A stretch of 64,000 nucleotides of DNA, taken from NCBI GenBank assembly GCA_965644295.1, contig CBFFRP010000110.1, positions 98,787-162,786 on the forward strand, given 5' to 3'. The DNA comes from Paraphysomonas bandaiensis (taxonomy: Eukaryota; Protista; Chrysophyceae). The position numbers and the translations under genes are program-made. Shown here piece by piece: positions 1 through 12,519 of the stretch; within the stretch, counting starts at the first letter, position 1; every line of letters begins with the position of its first letter. The notes under the pieces were generated by a model. The model was given only the letters and a program-made list of their open reading frames with translations. It ran no database searches and was not told the DNA's origin.

Positions 1-132
1 CGAGAGAGTATGTACTGCGTTTTGAGCTGCTTCTTCGTGAAGTTCAGACGCATAACCAAACGGTAACGGAAGAATCATAAATTAGTAGGCTGAAGGAGGG
101 AATTATCAGTGATGAATATGACGGTTTGAATT

Positions 133-753
133 ATGCCCGATGATGTACCATATGAATTGCTATCCAAACGTATCGAACAGATCGACGACACCAAGTATGG
201 GAGGAAAATCATAGAGAAGAAGCGCAAGAACACGGAGGAGCTGAATCATATTGAAAAGCCTCGAAAGAAAGAGAGAGTATCTACAAAGAGGAAGTGCACT
301 TATTGCTCGAAGAAAGGTATAATACACAATCATAATACTGAACAATGTAGGAAGAAAAAGGGGGAAACAAAGGGACAAAGACCGGGCAGTAAGGAATATA
401 CAGGATGCAGAGTATGCAAATCCAAAAACCATCGCGCGAACGAATGTCCCCGAAATTCGACAGGAAAGACCAAGAAACCCCAGAAATCTGACAAGGTTTT
501 CACCTTCGAGAATATCCGCAGAGGAGGAACCGAGTCTGACTCGGAGTCCGAAGCGAATATGCATTATGACTGCGCTGTTGATATATATGATAAAAGTGAC
601 ACATGTATGATTGGTACTGCTGAACACTTTACATACATAGATACATGCTGTTCATCGTCTATGTTTTTGATAAATGATCAGCAAGTATTCGATGAATCAA
701 CTCCATCAGATAGAGTTATCAGAGGCTCCAAGAAACGGCAACAGGAAGGGTAA
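133..753 (+). pseudogene. copia gag C-terminus (zinc knuckles) and start of protease, disrupted
   Basis: CX2CX4HX4C knuckle; frame breaks shortly after the YIDTCCSS motif. Confidence 0.8.
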
Positions 754-999
754 ACGACTGGAAGGGTATTGAATTCTCCGAAGACATCAACAGATTTCTG
801 TGTTCGGGGAAACGCTTGAACGATATGGGTTATGAGTTCATCGTTTGGAATGGAATTCGAATCGTGGATCACAACACTGGAGTGATAGTATGCTAAATGG
901 TATGACTGCGGTCCCTACGCAAACCTTACTGAGTCTGCCAAATGTATCCAGCTGTAGTAGGGGTGCACCAGAAGCAAATTTGACTGATCAGTATGGAGA

Positions 1000-2404
1000 A
1001 TGGGCCATTTCAACAAAGGGGCTCTAACGGAGGCACATAGAAGGATGTTGTTCACTGGCTCAAATCTGCAGAGGAAGCACCTATCGAAGACTGCATTAAT
1101 AAAATCTTGTCTCTGTAGCATATGTGCCAGATCAAAGATTACGAGAGTTTCGTTTCACACAAAGGAGGATACGGATGTCAAGCCGGACATATCGGCTGAT
1201 GTGCAAGTATTTCTGAATACTCCCGCTCAAGGTGATGAGCGCTACGTGATCACCCGAGCAGGATGTTCTGGGTAAACTAAAAGTGATTCAGTTTTTTAGA
1301 GAGGTGTTCAAAGGAGAGATTAGGCAATATAAGCTGAGAGTGGACCACTACCACGCTACGCTGATGGAGCTGGAGAACTCACAAACTTAGGAGCTATTTG
1401 AGATCACAAGGCTGCTACAAACATACTTGGTCTTCAACAGAGTGTCCGGAAATGAATGCAGATTCAGGACTGCATCAGAGATGGCGTTGGCGATGTTGTT
1501 GCAGTCAGGCCTACCGGTTCCATTCTGGTTAGACGCGTATCATGCTGCTCGCTATACACTGATCAGACTCCCTACAAGGACGGACAGAGGATACATGTCC
1601 CCATATGAGTATGTCACGGGTCAGCCACCCAGTTTGAAATATTTTAGAGTATGGGGGTGCAAAACTTATATATTGACACCTAAGGCGGACAGGCGAAAGG
1701 ACTGGGACGATAAATCAAAGATTTGATACCTAGTGGGATATTCGGAAGATAAAGTTGGATACCAGGTGTATCTCCCAGCAACCGATAAGGTAATTACGTG
1801 TGTACACATACTCACAGATGAGAGTATACCTTCCCGCACCGAAGAATATTACGCAGAAATCGACGCTCTCCGAGTACGAACAGCACCTAGACCAAAGACG
1901 GTGAATGATTATCAGCATCTCGTGAAGACTTTTCACATAGACGATGAAGACGAGCTGTTGTACAAGACCACCAGAGTGGTAGAAAGAAAGGGTGTCATTG
2001 TTGGTTATCGGTCACTTGTAACTGCGGGGAGAACCCACATTGAGCAGAAGGTACCCATACATATAGAAGATGTTCAGGTAATGACAAGGAATACGCCTGG
2101 ATACACGGGATATACGGGAACGAGGGACGCCTCTAGTACCACTGATGGACGGAGTACGTCCACTATCTCAGCGCCTGAGAGCCATCAGGAGCAGCTAGTT
2201 AACCATGGTATTATTCAGGGAGCACCTGATGAAGATATGACTCAAGGAGTACTTGATGAAGATGCAGCTCAAGGAGTACCTGAATATACTGATACTATAA
2301 ATTCTAACAGTACTAATACCCTACAGAGAGTATCTAAAAGGGATGCAGAGAAACGTAAGCGTTTACGGAGGAGGCTAGCTAATGCTTCAGTGTTAGGAGT
2401 TTAA
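1000..2404 (+). pseudogene. copia integrase region, fragmented
   Basis: MGHFN...CSIC zinc-binding remnant; catalytic core broken by frameshifts; in-frame TGA at 1724-1726 between DKSKI and VGYSED. Confidence 0.85.
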
Positions 2405-2405
2405 C

Positions 2406-4087
2406 ATGATAGAGGTAATGGATGCCGATGTAAATGTCATGGATTCAGAGGAGAGTACTGAGAATAAACACGTCCATGAACCGAACAGTTTTCTAGAGGC
2501 GGAGAGGTCCTCTCAAGCGGACGAATGGAGAACAGCCAGACGAATAGAGAAGAAAGCTCTTTTACGAAGAGGCGTTTTGAAGATAGTACGTCGACCATCT
2601 GGGGTCAAATTAATCAGATGTAAGTATGTTCAAAAACTCAAGCGTGACATACTAGGCAACATACAGAAGTATAAAGCTCGACTAGTCGCACTAGGAAATC
2701 TTCAGGAGAAAACTGAGGAGGAGCCATCTACATTTGCACCGGTCGTAAAAGGGATAACTATCAGGCTCGTGATTGCAATTGCTTTTATGTTCCATATGCA
2801 TGTACACCAGCTTGATGTCAGTTCTTCATCTTGTTATGCAAATTTAGATGAAGATGTCTACATGTACCCACCTCCAGATGAGGAGCTCAGCAATGGATGG
2901 TGCTTTAAACTCATCAAAGCACTATATGGTTTACGAGCCTCACCGCGTCAGTGGAATCGCCACATCGATAAATTCATAAAGTCAATGCAGTTTAGATCAT
3001 GCGTGTTAGATACCTGCTTATATTATCGTTGGCACCAAGGCAAACTTACGTTATTACTCCTGTATGTAGATGACATCATTATCGCATCTGTGGATTTTGA
3101 ATTCCTTGTTTTTGTCAAGAACAAGTTCTGCCAAACGTTTGAAATGAGGGAAAGTGCCAAAGTTTCCTAAATATTCGAATCACGAGAGGCGAAGACTGGT
3201 TCAAACTAGATCAATCAAAGTATGCGGAGAAAATAATTCAGAAATTCAACCATGTCATGGGGAACAGTAGAAAGAATAAGGAAGCTCCGTTGCCATCAAA
3301 TGTACAAGAACTACTAGCTGCAGAACGGGAACTTACATCAGAACAGGAGGACTGGGTCTCACAATTTCCGTATCGTAGTATTATTGGAGCAATCCTGTAT
3401 CTCGCACTCCACACAAGACCAGATCTCGCCTATGCAATCGGACTACTATCGAGATACAGCAGTAATCCTACATACGCATCGTGTCGTTTAGCTATTCATT
3501 TACTGAAATATTTGAGAGGCACCACCAGCAAAGGAATCAAATTCAGTGGGAGTAAGTTTGATTTACATGTATTTAGTGATGCGGACTGGGCAGGTGATAT
3601 ACTAACGAGACGTTCAACTACCGGTTATATTGTATTCTTATGTGCTGGAGCAATCGCTTGGCAGTCCAAACTGCAGACTACAGTTGCAACTTTCAGTATG
3701 GAGTCCGAGTATATGGCTGAATATACGGCCATGCAAGAACTGGTGTGGCTACGGGGGGTGTTACGAGAGCTAGGACTCGCATTGACGAAGCCAACCCCAT
3801 TCTTCATGGACAGCAAGAGTGCAAAAGATCTGTCAGAAAATCCAGTCTATCACAAAAGATCAAAACATATTCAGATAAAGTACCACTGGGTTCGGGAACA
3901 CGTAAATGGAAGGTTTCCTACAGCCAGATTGATTCATGTATCGACTAAGGATATGGCGGCCGAAATATTTACAAAAGCGTTATCTACAAAGCTCTTTAAA
4001 CTCCATGAAGAAACTATCACAGGGGAAAAGAGAAGCATTTCAAATGAAGTTGAGAAGAATCAGAAGAAGCGGTTCAAGAGAGGTTAA
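2406..4087 (+). pseudogene. copia reverse transcriptase and RNase H, frameshifted near 3150-3200
   Basis: ORFs 2406..3170 and 3257..4087 carry RVT_2 and Ty1-type RNase H motifs. Confidence 0.93.
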
Positions 4088-4253
4088 GGGTGTGTTTTTA
4101 GTGGGTAAGAATCCCACATAACTGTGTTACAGCGAAGTGTGATGTTCACAGTATCTTTATGAAGATTTTCACATCCGTTTTATCCTAAGATGACTAGATG
4201 ATATATATAGCTGCAGTATAATGACGATTACTCGTTTCTACATTGAGGAGGAG

Positions 4254-4536
4254 TGTTGGAATACGTATGGTTCTCTAAGATAGTACTGTAGAATACGTTA
4301 AATACAATGTGAAAAACAGTAATACGTAGTCAATAGTCAAAGGTGCTATATAGCTATAACTGTGAAACTGAAGTATTATATCATGACGATTCAATATACG
4401 GAAGTTGAGCAGTGGTTGACATGAACGAAATAATTTATCATGTTGTTGACATGTGTTACATGACAACACACACAATTGTGTATACAATTATAATAAAATA
4501 ATCTATCTAGTTTGACTAACTTAAACTTCTCTTACA
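4254..4536 (+). repeat. Putative 3' LTR of the copia element
   Basis: Starts TGTTGGA right after the PPT. Candidate end is ...CTTACA at 4536, where hAT-family sequence resumes; AATAAA near 4492. The 5' LTR is not in the window, so the end is inferred. Confidence 0.7.
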
Positions 4537-5032
4537 ACGATCTTAATCATCTGAAAATGGTCACTTGTCAATATTCTTAAGTTTTTGAGCTGATTGAAGA
4601 ATTTTTTCCGCAGAGCCAACTTCTACTTTTTATAAATGTCCCTACTTTTGTATGCATTCATCGTTCAGTTGTCTCTTCTAATCACTATAGGATATATATA
4701 TTATATTAAGAGAATTACTGTACATACATGTGTAGAGGTGTAGAGTACTGTTTGAGCTGGCGATACATAAAAAATAGAAAATATATCAAAAATAGGCTTT
4801 TTTCTTATTTTCCAGATATTTGTATACATAGACGTATATTTTGCACCATACAGTTAAGGATCTTCTCTTATATTATGACTATCATAATATTGATTGCAAT
4901 ATATTGCAAAAGTATTGTGAGCTCTTTTAACAGAAACACTATTGATGGAATATTTGACCAGTCCACCAATCAATATATTTTACAATATATTGTACAATGT
5001 ATTGCAATACAATATATTGTTCCCTATCCCTG
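4537..5032 (-). mobile_element. hAT family-1 non-autonomous element, left part, interrupted by the copia element
   Basis: Ends in TIR CAATATATTGTTCCCTATCCCTG (5032). Reverse complement matches 40340-40640 (e.g. TTCTTCAATCAGCTCAAAAA). Confidence 0.75.
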
Positions 5033-5156
5033 GCAGCTAGTGCATTCTAGCATTAAACAATTGCAATTAATTGCAATATTTGAAGTTGAGACAACATATA
5101 ATTGACTACAACCTGCGTCAATTAATTGACAATTACTTTATTGATACGCAGCCCTG
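5033..5156 (+). mobile_element. hAT family-2 right end
   Basis: Ends ...ATTGATACGCAGCCCTG; collinear with 22279-22420. Confidence 0.7.
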
Positions 5157-5359
5157 GCAGGAGCGGCTGGAGATGACAAGTACGTTTGAACAAATAGACG
5201 ACGTGTTAGAATTAGCAAGCATTATTAGCTATGTCTTAGTACTGCTACGCATTAGCAACTCAATATATATCACATCATCTAGAAAAACCCTCATGTTATA
5301 TGGTGTCTAGATACATGACCATGCCCATTAACTGTGAAGCATTCTTTCCACTAAGCCAC

Positions 5360-6991
5360 CTATTTCTTGGCAGACTTAGAATTGGAACTATACTTACCTT
5401 CTGGAACATCTCGATCTGCCCTATGCGATTTCCCCGTTCCACGAGATCCATTTTTCTCTCCACCCGCACGCACCTTCCCGAATCCTCCATCTCGCTTAGG
5501 TGGCATTTTGTCAGCTGCACCACCTCTGTTATCACGTTTGTCGCTACCAGCGATTCCTCGTTCACGAGGGGTACGGGCAGTGGACTTGTTACCTGCTTTC
5601 TGCTGTCGCTCTGCTACATGGATAGGCACACCACGCACAGAAAATGCACACGGATCGGCAACAAGCTTGGCCAATACTTTCGATACAGACGACGAGTCCT
5701 GGAAATCGACGAATGCATAACCCCGGCTATGCACATCTATCTTCTTGATGTTGCCATAGTCACCGAAGAGTGCGGCCAAGTCAGCTTCTGAGGTATTCTC
5801 ACCCAGTTGATTGACATACAACGAACTACTGCATTTTCCATCCCCATCGCTCCCACTTCCAGCTGTCTCCCCATCAGTTGCAGTAGCAACTTTTCCTGTT
5901 CGCACATTGCGGCCAGAAGCCCCACCACTACCCGATGCGCCAGTGAGGTCTACAGCTGGAGAATCGCTGCTCCAGCTTTTGACAAGATCCGCAAAACTTC
6001 TCGGTGCTACAGTTGTTTCACCCACTGGTCCATCTTGTTCAATTAGTGGCTGCTGATTTCCGGTGCCTGCCTCGACATCGTCAGCACCTCGGAGTGAGAC
6101 ATTCACATAATCAGGTTCAGAAATAACAGTTGCTGCATCAACGTTCACTTCTGTAGCAGTATCAGTCGGTACAGAGGTCGTATCCAAAACCTCAGCACCT
6201 GAGTCAACAGTTGCGGGTGCATCAGTACATTCGGTAGTGTTATCTACACGGGTGGAATCATCTCCTAAAAGATCATGGGCCAAGAGGTCATCTTGTTCTT
6301 TATGCATCTCCATCTCATTCACAGGGGCATATCCAGTCCCCGCAGATTCGTTTCGGCATGTCGGGTCTTCCGGGGGTGGGGCACCAAACGATGCATCGCC
6401 CCGTCCGGATGTCTCTCTGTCGACACTGAGGAGTCGAAATACTGAGTTGCGCACATAATACGAAGCCATCGTCGTCTGCGTAGATAACGTATAACACTGA
6501 ACAAAAGTAAACATCACAAAGTACCTTCTGATTAAGAGAGGATTGACACGCAAGGAAAAAACTTTGAACAAAGGGGCGAGACGCGTTTCCTGACTTAGTG
6601 AATAACCCCGTCACAACAAGGAATACTCCATTATGATCAGAGTGTTGGGCATCAATAGAACCTTCACGGAAATCTATACGAGCACCAGCCAGATTTAGTG
6701 AATTGACATATTCGCGAATATTTTCAATCCCAGTAACACTTTTAGCCACCTTTAAAAAATGTCACATGCAACTCAATTGAAAGCACGAATCGCACCTGAT
6801 GCCCTTCCGAATGTGAGAAGGCAGATTCATCCTTATAGAAGCGATGGAGTTCGCCGGGGTTCTTCGTCAGCATTTCATAAAATTGCTTCACAAAGCTACG
6901 AATTTTTATTTATTATTGTGATATTTATATCGGCATAAACAAGTAAGTAAAACCTTTGCGCGATTACATCGGGGCTATAATCTTTCGACAT
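5360..6991 (-). CDS. G3BP: G3BP/Rasputin-like NTF2 + RRM protein (3 coding introns)
   Basis: Spliced N-terminus MSKDYSPDVIAQSFVKQFYEMLTKNPGELHRFYKDESAFSH...FVQSFFL...YYVRNSVFR is an NTF2-like domain. Acidic linker, then RRM (LYVNQL...RGYAFVDF) and a Gly/Arg-rich tail. Confidence 0.88.
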
Positions 6992-7626
6992 TTTCGATTA
7001 GGTATAACTCCGAATATTACCCTGAACAAGCAAATATATTCCTCGTAGATGAAGAGCTGAAACGATCGCCTCAATATGTGTCAATATCGGTTGGGGCAAG
7101 CTATGGATAGGTAGGATTCAACGCAGTTTACTTCCTACAGCCAGAATGATGATATGTGTCTGTCTGTGTGTGGTGTGCGCTGACTTGTCGATGTGTGGTT
7201 TGATTTTCCTCCTTTCGTTTTTTCTGTGTTCGTTTTTTGCGACTTTTCTAGATTCCATATTGTCTCGAGATTTGCTGTGGAAAATGTGGCTATACTGCTG
7301 CTGTAAACCGGTATATTAGGACTTTCCATAATGACAATCCAAATTTTTCAGTTTCCAAAAGTAATGGTTGCTGTTTTTGTATGTATGTTTGAACTATATT
7401 ATCTGCTGATGGTGATGTATGTTATATGATCATTCTAGCTACTACTTGAGGGTATATATCTGTTGGTGGAGCAGTTAAATATACAGCCAATGAACTTACA
7501 TACGATATGATCGCCTTACTATAATTATATGAATGTGCTTCATTAAAGCCACAAAAAAATTATTCCATGATATAAATTGGCACAACAGATCAGGCAACAT
7601 GTATTTTCTGAACTTATTTTTTGTAA

Positions 7627-8501
7627 GGGCCCGTTCGGTTCATCCAATGGATTTTTGTGCTGGATTTGCATTCGCTGGATTTTTGAGAAATTCCACTGGT
7701 TGAGGATGTTCCTTTTACGGTGGGTAAAAATAAAAAAATGAAATTTTTTTCTTTCGCATTCTCAACACACCGTACCTTACGGTTGGTCAAAAAAAAAGAT
7801 AACATGGCATGATGAAAACACCCATTTCTATAGGAGAAACTCTCAAAACCCTGTGTTTTGTAAAGAAAAGGGGGTTTCATGCCATATATATTGAAAAGTT
7901 ATATGTAGATATATTGGATGCATTATGCTGGTTCCAGGACACCGTTTGAATCACAACAAGCGCTCAGCCTACTCGACATAGGCTTGGTAAAACTCGTGAT
8001 AACAATATTATGACTCGAGGTTCCTAATATAGGCCGCAATATTATTTCTTACCATACCATGTATGTTGGAAAGAAATGAAATCATTTCTTACCATGATCC
8101 AAAATTTTTTTTTTTTGACCACCGTAATAAGGAACGGGAAGAGCAAAAAAAAATCATTTTTTATTTTTACCCAGTATGTGAAGCTATCAGACATCTGTCT
8201 CTGGATTCTGTGGACAATATGCCGATTATTATCTTGAAAATGTGTAGTTTTGTGACATTTTTGAGTGAAAAACCAGGGGATTCTTTAGTTTAGGTTGTGT
8301 AATTCATTTTCGCTAAACCCAAAAACTCACACACACTACAATAGAGAATAATTTTTTCTCGTGTAAATTATTTTACACAACTCCCAAAAATCCTGCCTTT
8401 AGTTTTACATAGATCGGGGTTTTTTTCCAAATTCCAGTGGATGGATGAAATCCAGCGAATTTGAGCAAATCCAGCACTTTTTTGGTCTACCGAACGTACC
8501 C
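7627..8501. mobile_element. PIF/Harbinger (Tourist-like) MITE
   Basis: TIRs GGGCCCGTTCGGT / ACCGAACGTACCC flanked by a TAA TSD (7624-7626, 8502-8504). Further internal inverted repeats (GTGCTGGATTTGC / GCAAATCCAGCAC; 7770-7808 vs 8090-8138). No credible ORF. Confidence 0.85.
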
Positions 8502-8660
8502 TAAGAGAGCTGCATATGCATATATGGATATGTAGTCGGCACCGTACAGCTTGTACCTAAAAACAAATGCCGCCACCTCTTATTATTTTATACTTTGAAA
8601 CTCACTAGAAATACACCATTGCGACTTTGGTCTCACACTTTTTTCCATAGAAATCTTAAA

Positions 8661-11194
8661 ATGGACTCACCTCACAATCGTAGTACTTCAAGAAATGAAA
8701 ATGGTAAGCGAGATCGCAGAGTTGAGGATGAAAGAGTACATAGCAAACGACGACGTCGAAGTAGAGAATATAGCCGGAGCAGATCCCCTGATGATTTGAA
8801 AACCAGAAACAGTATTTCACAATCCAAAACGCGAGATTCAGCGAGTGCCTCTAATGCAGCTGCAATTGCCGCCGCTAAAGCTCTAGAATTAACAAAATCT
8901 TTGAAAAACAAAGTAAGCGTCTCTCAGTGCTATTTTCTGTATATCTTCATATATACTTATTAGGATGCATCAACTTCGAATTCTAAGGCTTTTCATGTGG
9001 AGTCATCACGGGAAGCCTCTATAAAGGAGGCCAGGGCCAAGGAAATCCAAGCCCAACTTGCCGCCCAGGTGATTATACTGTTGCAGTCGGTAGATGTGTA
9101 AATTACCGGATATTGTACAGATGGCTTCTTTTACAAATAGACTAGCAAGTGTTCCGAGTATACAGCTTGATAGGAAGGCAGCGTACAGACCCCTCCGTTT
9201 GGATGCATCAGGTATAACGTATCGTGAATACAATGAAAGTTGTTAACAGTGGTGCCAGGCCGAGAAATTGATGAGAAAGGAAATTTGGTCAAAAAAGTTG
9301 ATCAGGTAGCGCCAGACGATATTTAGTAGAGCATATGTGACGTTTCAATTTCATAGGTCAAAACTTTGGCTGCAAATGTTGCTGTGGGGCAGGCACAAAA
9401 GAAAAAAGAAAACCCTTACCTTTCACACCGTAGTGCTGCGGCTTCTCGCACCAGCGCGAGTGCTGCTGACGAAGCATCAATACCTGCGCAACCAATTGTC
9501 GACGAGAGGCTGAAGACTTGCAACAGAGATGTTAGAGGGAGGAGGACATTTAACTTTGTTGAAGCAGGTGGGTTTTCCTGTTAGCAAAATTTCGTGTCAC
9601 CACGAGACAGGAACTTTCGTTAAGCAGGCAGATCAGCAGCGTCACAAAGAAGAACGTAAAATTATTGCTGGATTTTCCTCTGGTCGCAGAGCCCCGGAAG
9701 TATGTGTTTTGATCTTTCATGGCAGCAAAATTAATCTAATACTTTATGCGGTAGGTTGCTGCAGATGAAAATGATGGTGCACTTGACAACACTGCCACTG
9801 AAGTATCTCTTGTGGACAGTTCGAAAGATATCTTGGTCAGTGTATACATCCTCTACTCTCTTACTCTAATAATGCCAGGTTCCCCCACCTTCTGATAATG
9901 GGGTTGTTCCTAGCATGGAGTGGTGGGACGAAGCTTTTCTTCCCAAGATATTGAGGGACAATCGAAGAAAGTCGCGTGCGAAACAAGAACAGGACGACTT
10001 CGAAGATTTGTCGTATAGTAACTGCAAAACTTTCAAGTAGGACCAAAATGGTGGTGTTCTCTCTTGGTGATATTTGTTTAGGTATATTCAGCATCCGGTA
10101 CCTGTGAAGCCACTTGGAGGAGACAAACATGACGAGGCGTTACAACTTTACCTCACCAAGCGTGAAAGAAAGCGTATACGCCGCAGCGCTCGGGAGGAAC
10201 GAGAACGAGAAAAACGTGACAAAATGTTAATGGGACTAATTCCTCCTCCTGAGCCGAAGTTTAAGCTCAGCAATTTTATGAAAATCCTTGGTATTTCTGA
10301 AGTGTTATTTGTCGTTTGTCATCCATTGTGTGCAGGTGACCAAGCCATTTCGGACCCGTCGAAGGTGGAAAAACGAGTTGTACAGCAAATGCAACAACGC
10401 CAACTCAATCATGAAATGCGCAACCAAGCTCAAAAGTTGACCCCGACCGAGCGGAAGGAGAAGAAAAGGAAGAAGTTAATGGAAGATACTTCGCGACAAG
10501 TACATGTTGCCATTTTTCGCGTCAAGGATTTTTCTGATCCCAAGCATCGCTTCAAAGTTGATGTTAATGTTCAGCAATTAAACCTTTCCGGAGCTGGTGA
10601 GTTGCTCTCTTATTTTCATTTGCATTCTAATACATATTTAGCTGTTCTCTGTCCCTCTGCGGCAATCAATCTGGTTATTGTGGAAGGTGGTCCCAAAGGT
10701 ATACGTAACATCGTGAAATTAATGACTAGAAGGTATGTTTATATATATGTTTATATATTTTGTATATTTGTGAAATATAAATGTTTGTTAGGGTTGCCTG
10801 GAATAAGAGAAGCGAGAATATTGTGAAACGTGGAGCTGTTGGAGATGTTGAGAATCCGTCATACTATGGCAATGCATCGTTTACTCAACACTCTGAAGAA
10901 AGCAATGCTGCAGACATTGATGATGAAATTAGCAATGCGAGCGACGATATGAAGACAGACATATTGGGTGGTCAATCGCATGAAAATGACGAGGAAATTT
11001 TAGTATCTGATAATAGATGCGATTTACTGTGGCAGGGAATAGTTGCACGACGAACGTTCTCCGGTTTCAGATTTCAGGAGTGTCGCACATCCTCATCTGC
11101 ACGCCGCGTCCTTGAAGCTAAAGGCGTTGCTCAGTATTGGGACATGGCAGTGAGAGCTGATAATATGATATCTGCCACAGAAGAGATATCATAG
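8661..11194 (+). CDS. PRP3: U4/U6 snRNP protein Prp3 (multi-exon)
   Basis: MEWWDEAFL, YIQHPVP, LYLTKRERKRIRR, LMGLIPPPEPKFKLSNFMKILG(D)QAISDPSKVE, RFKVDVNVQQLNLSG, VIVEGGPKGI, CDLLWQG. About 10 GT-AG introns. Confidence 0.95.
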
Positions 11195-11491
11195 AATTTG
11201 AGCGTAATCACTAGTAAATTTCTTAATTCGACCAAGATAATGTTTGGACGGTGTGCTTTCTGTTGGTAGAAGCTCGATGAGAATTTCGTTTTTGCAGTGC
11301 CAGTGTGAGCAGAATTTGTTGCAGCCGTGAGTTATAATATAAGTGCAGTAATTTATGAGGTGGACATTATTTTAAAACGATTTTTAGTATCAGCAGTAAA
11401 GTTAGTTAGCTCTTACAATACATCTTTTCCAAACTAGTTACGACCAGCGACAACTTCTCTTATAACTCAAGATCTCACTCCTTCTGGACCA

Positions 11492-12515
11492 CAGGGCTGC
11501 GTATCAATTATCAATTCAATTAATTGATAAGAAAATACCATCTTTTTTGTATTTTTTGTTGTGAAAAACTAATCTTAACGATAAAAATCGAAGAATGATG
11601 AAGGACTATAGCATCCATCAGGGCTATATGTAAAAGAAGTGAATGTCTTATCATTAGCAATATAGGCGTGTAAGAGACAGAACTAATGATGTAGCAAAAA
11701 CGAAAGTGGGGCAGGCTATGTATCAACTAATTGATTTTTTATTAAACGCAATTAATTGTCAACAATTAATTATTGAAATTACAATAATTGAAATTGGGAC
11801 ATCAAATCATAATTGCAATTATAATTGACTCCAGCTCTTGCTTCAATTAATTGAATTGAAAAGTAGTTAAAAACGGCAATTTTTATTGCGAAAATCTAAT
11901 TTTTACGATAAATATCGACGATTGACGTAAGACTATATATTATCCATGTTGTATGATTCATCTCACATAATAATTTATTTAATTAATAAGAGATATATAC
12001 ATGAGTGATAAAAAGTGGTACCAGAAGTGAATGCACGAGAGAAAATAAATGATAATAACGAAGAGGTTGCAAAATATAGAGACTTGTTGGCAGTGCCGGG
12101 AGTGTCCTGTAGGAAAAAAGGTGACCTGAAGTATAAGACGGGTTATGGGTGGAGCACCTGTCGCAGCATGCCATGGTCAAATACGATGGATGGAAAGATA
12201 AAGTTTTCTTTATCTTTCCATCCGTCGATGTGGTGGTGCGATGGATAAATATGTTGAGCACAAAATATTCCCTCACAGTGCGTATCACTGATTGGAGAGG
12301 GTGATTATGAATGATCTTCCTTTTTCTTTTAAAGAAAACCCATTGACACAAAAGAACATTAGGTTGAGTAATAATATTTTGAGATCAACACTTTTATGTT
12401 TTTACGCATGACCGTCGCCTCTGGAATGAAATGACAGTTGAAGTAGCTATATATATATTGTAGTTTTAGTATACTAAATAATTGCAATTATTGAAATTGA
12501 AACAGCAACAAATAA
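11492..12515 (+). mobile_element. hAT family-2 element with decayed transposase dimerization-domain remnant, right end lost at the copia fragment
   Basis: Left TIR CAGGGCTGCGTATCAATT at 11492. WKDKVFFIFPSVDVVVR near 12191-12241 resembles hAT WW..FP.L..AR. 12413-12515 matches subterminal 22238-22350. Confidence 0.6.
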
Positions 12516-12519
12516 ATAG

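Larger units (their letters stand above)
1..4536 (+). mobile_element. Degenerate Ty1/copia LTR retrotransposon (5' end outside window)
   Basis: Domain order is gag zinc knuckle (CRVCKSKNHRANEC), protease-like YIDTCCS, integrase (SGLPVPFWLDAY, FRVWGCKTY), RT (YKARLVALG, HQLDV, LYGLRASPRQW, LYVDD), RNase H (FSDADWAG, RRSTTG, HKRSKHI). INT before RT defines copia. Multiple stops and frameshifts. Polypurine tract GAGGAGGAG at 4245-4253 is followed by TG. Confidence 0.95.

Noticed and set aside
2215-2295. Three 27-bp repeats (QGAPDEDMT/QGVLDEDAA/QGVPEYTDT)
   Set aside because: Ordinary slippage in the variable copia integrase-RT linker.
4728-5310. ORFs 4728..5105 and 5071..5310 (and similar short ORFs at 40345, 47773-48110, 7614, 8063)
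   Set aside because: They lie in AT-rich MITE/hAT terminal sequence and look like chance low-complexity frames.
7147-7183. C/D-box-like ATGATGA...CTGA
   Set aside because: Only ~37 nt long, no terminal stem, and antisense to the probable G3BP 5' UTR.
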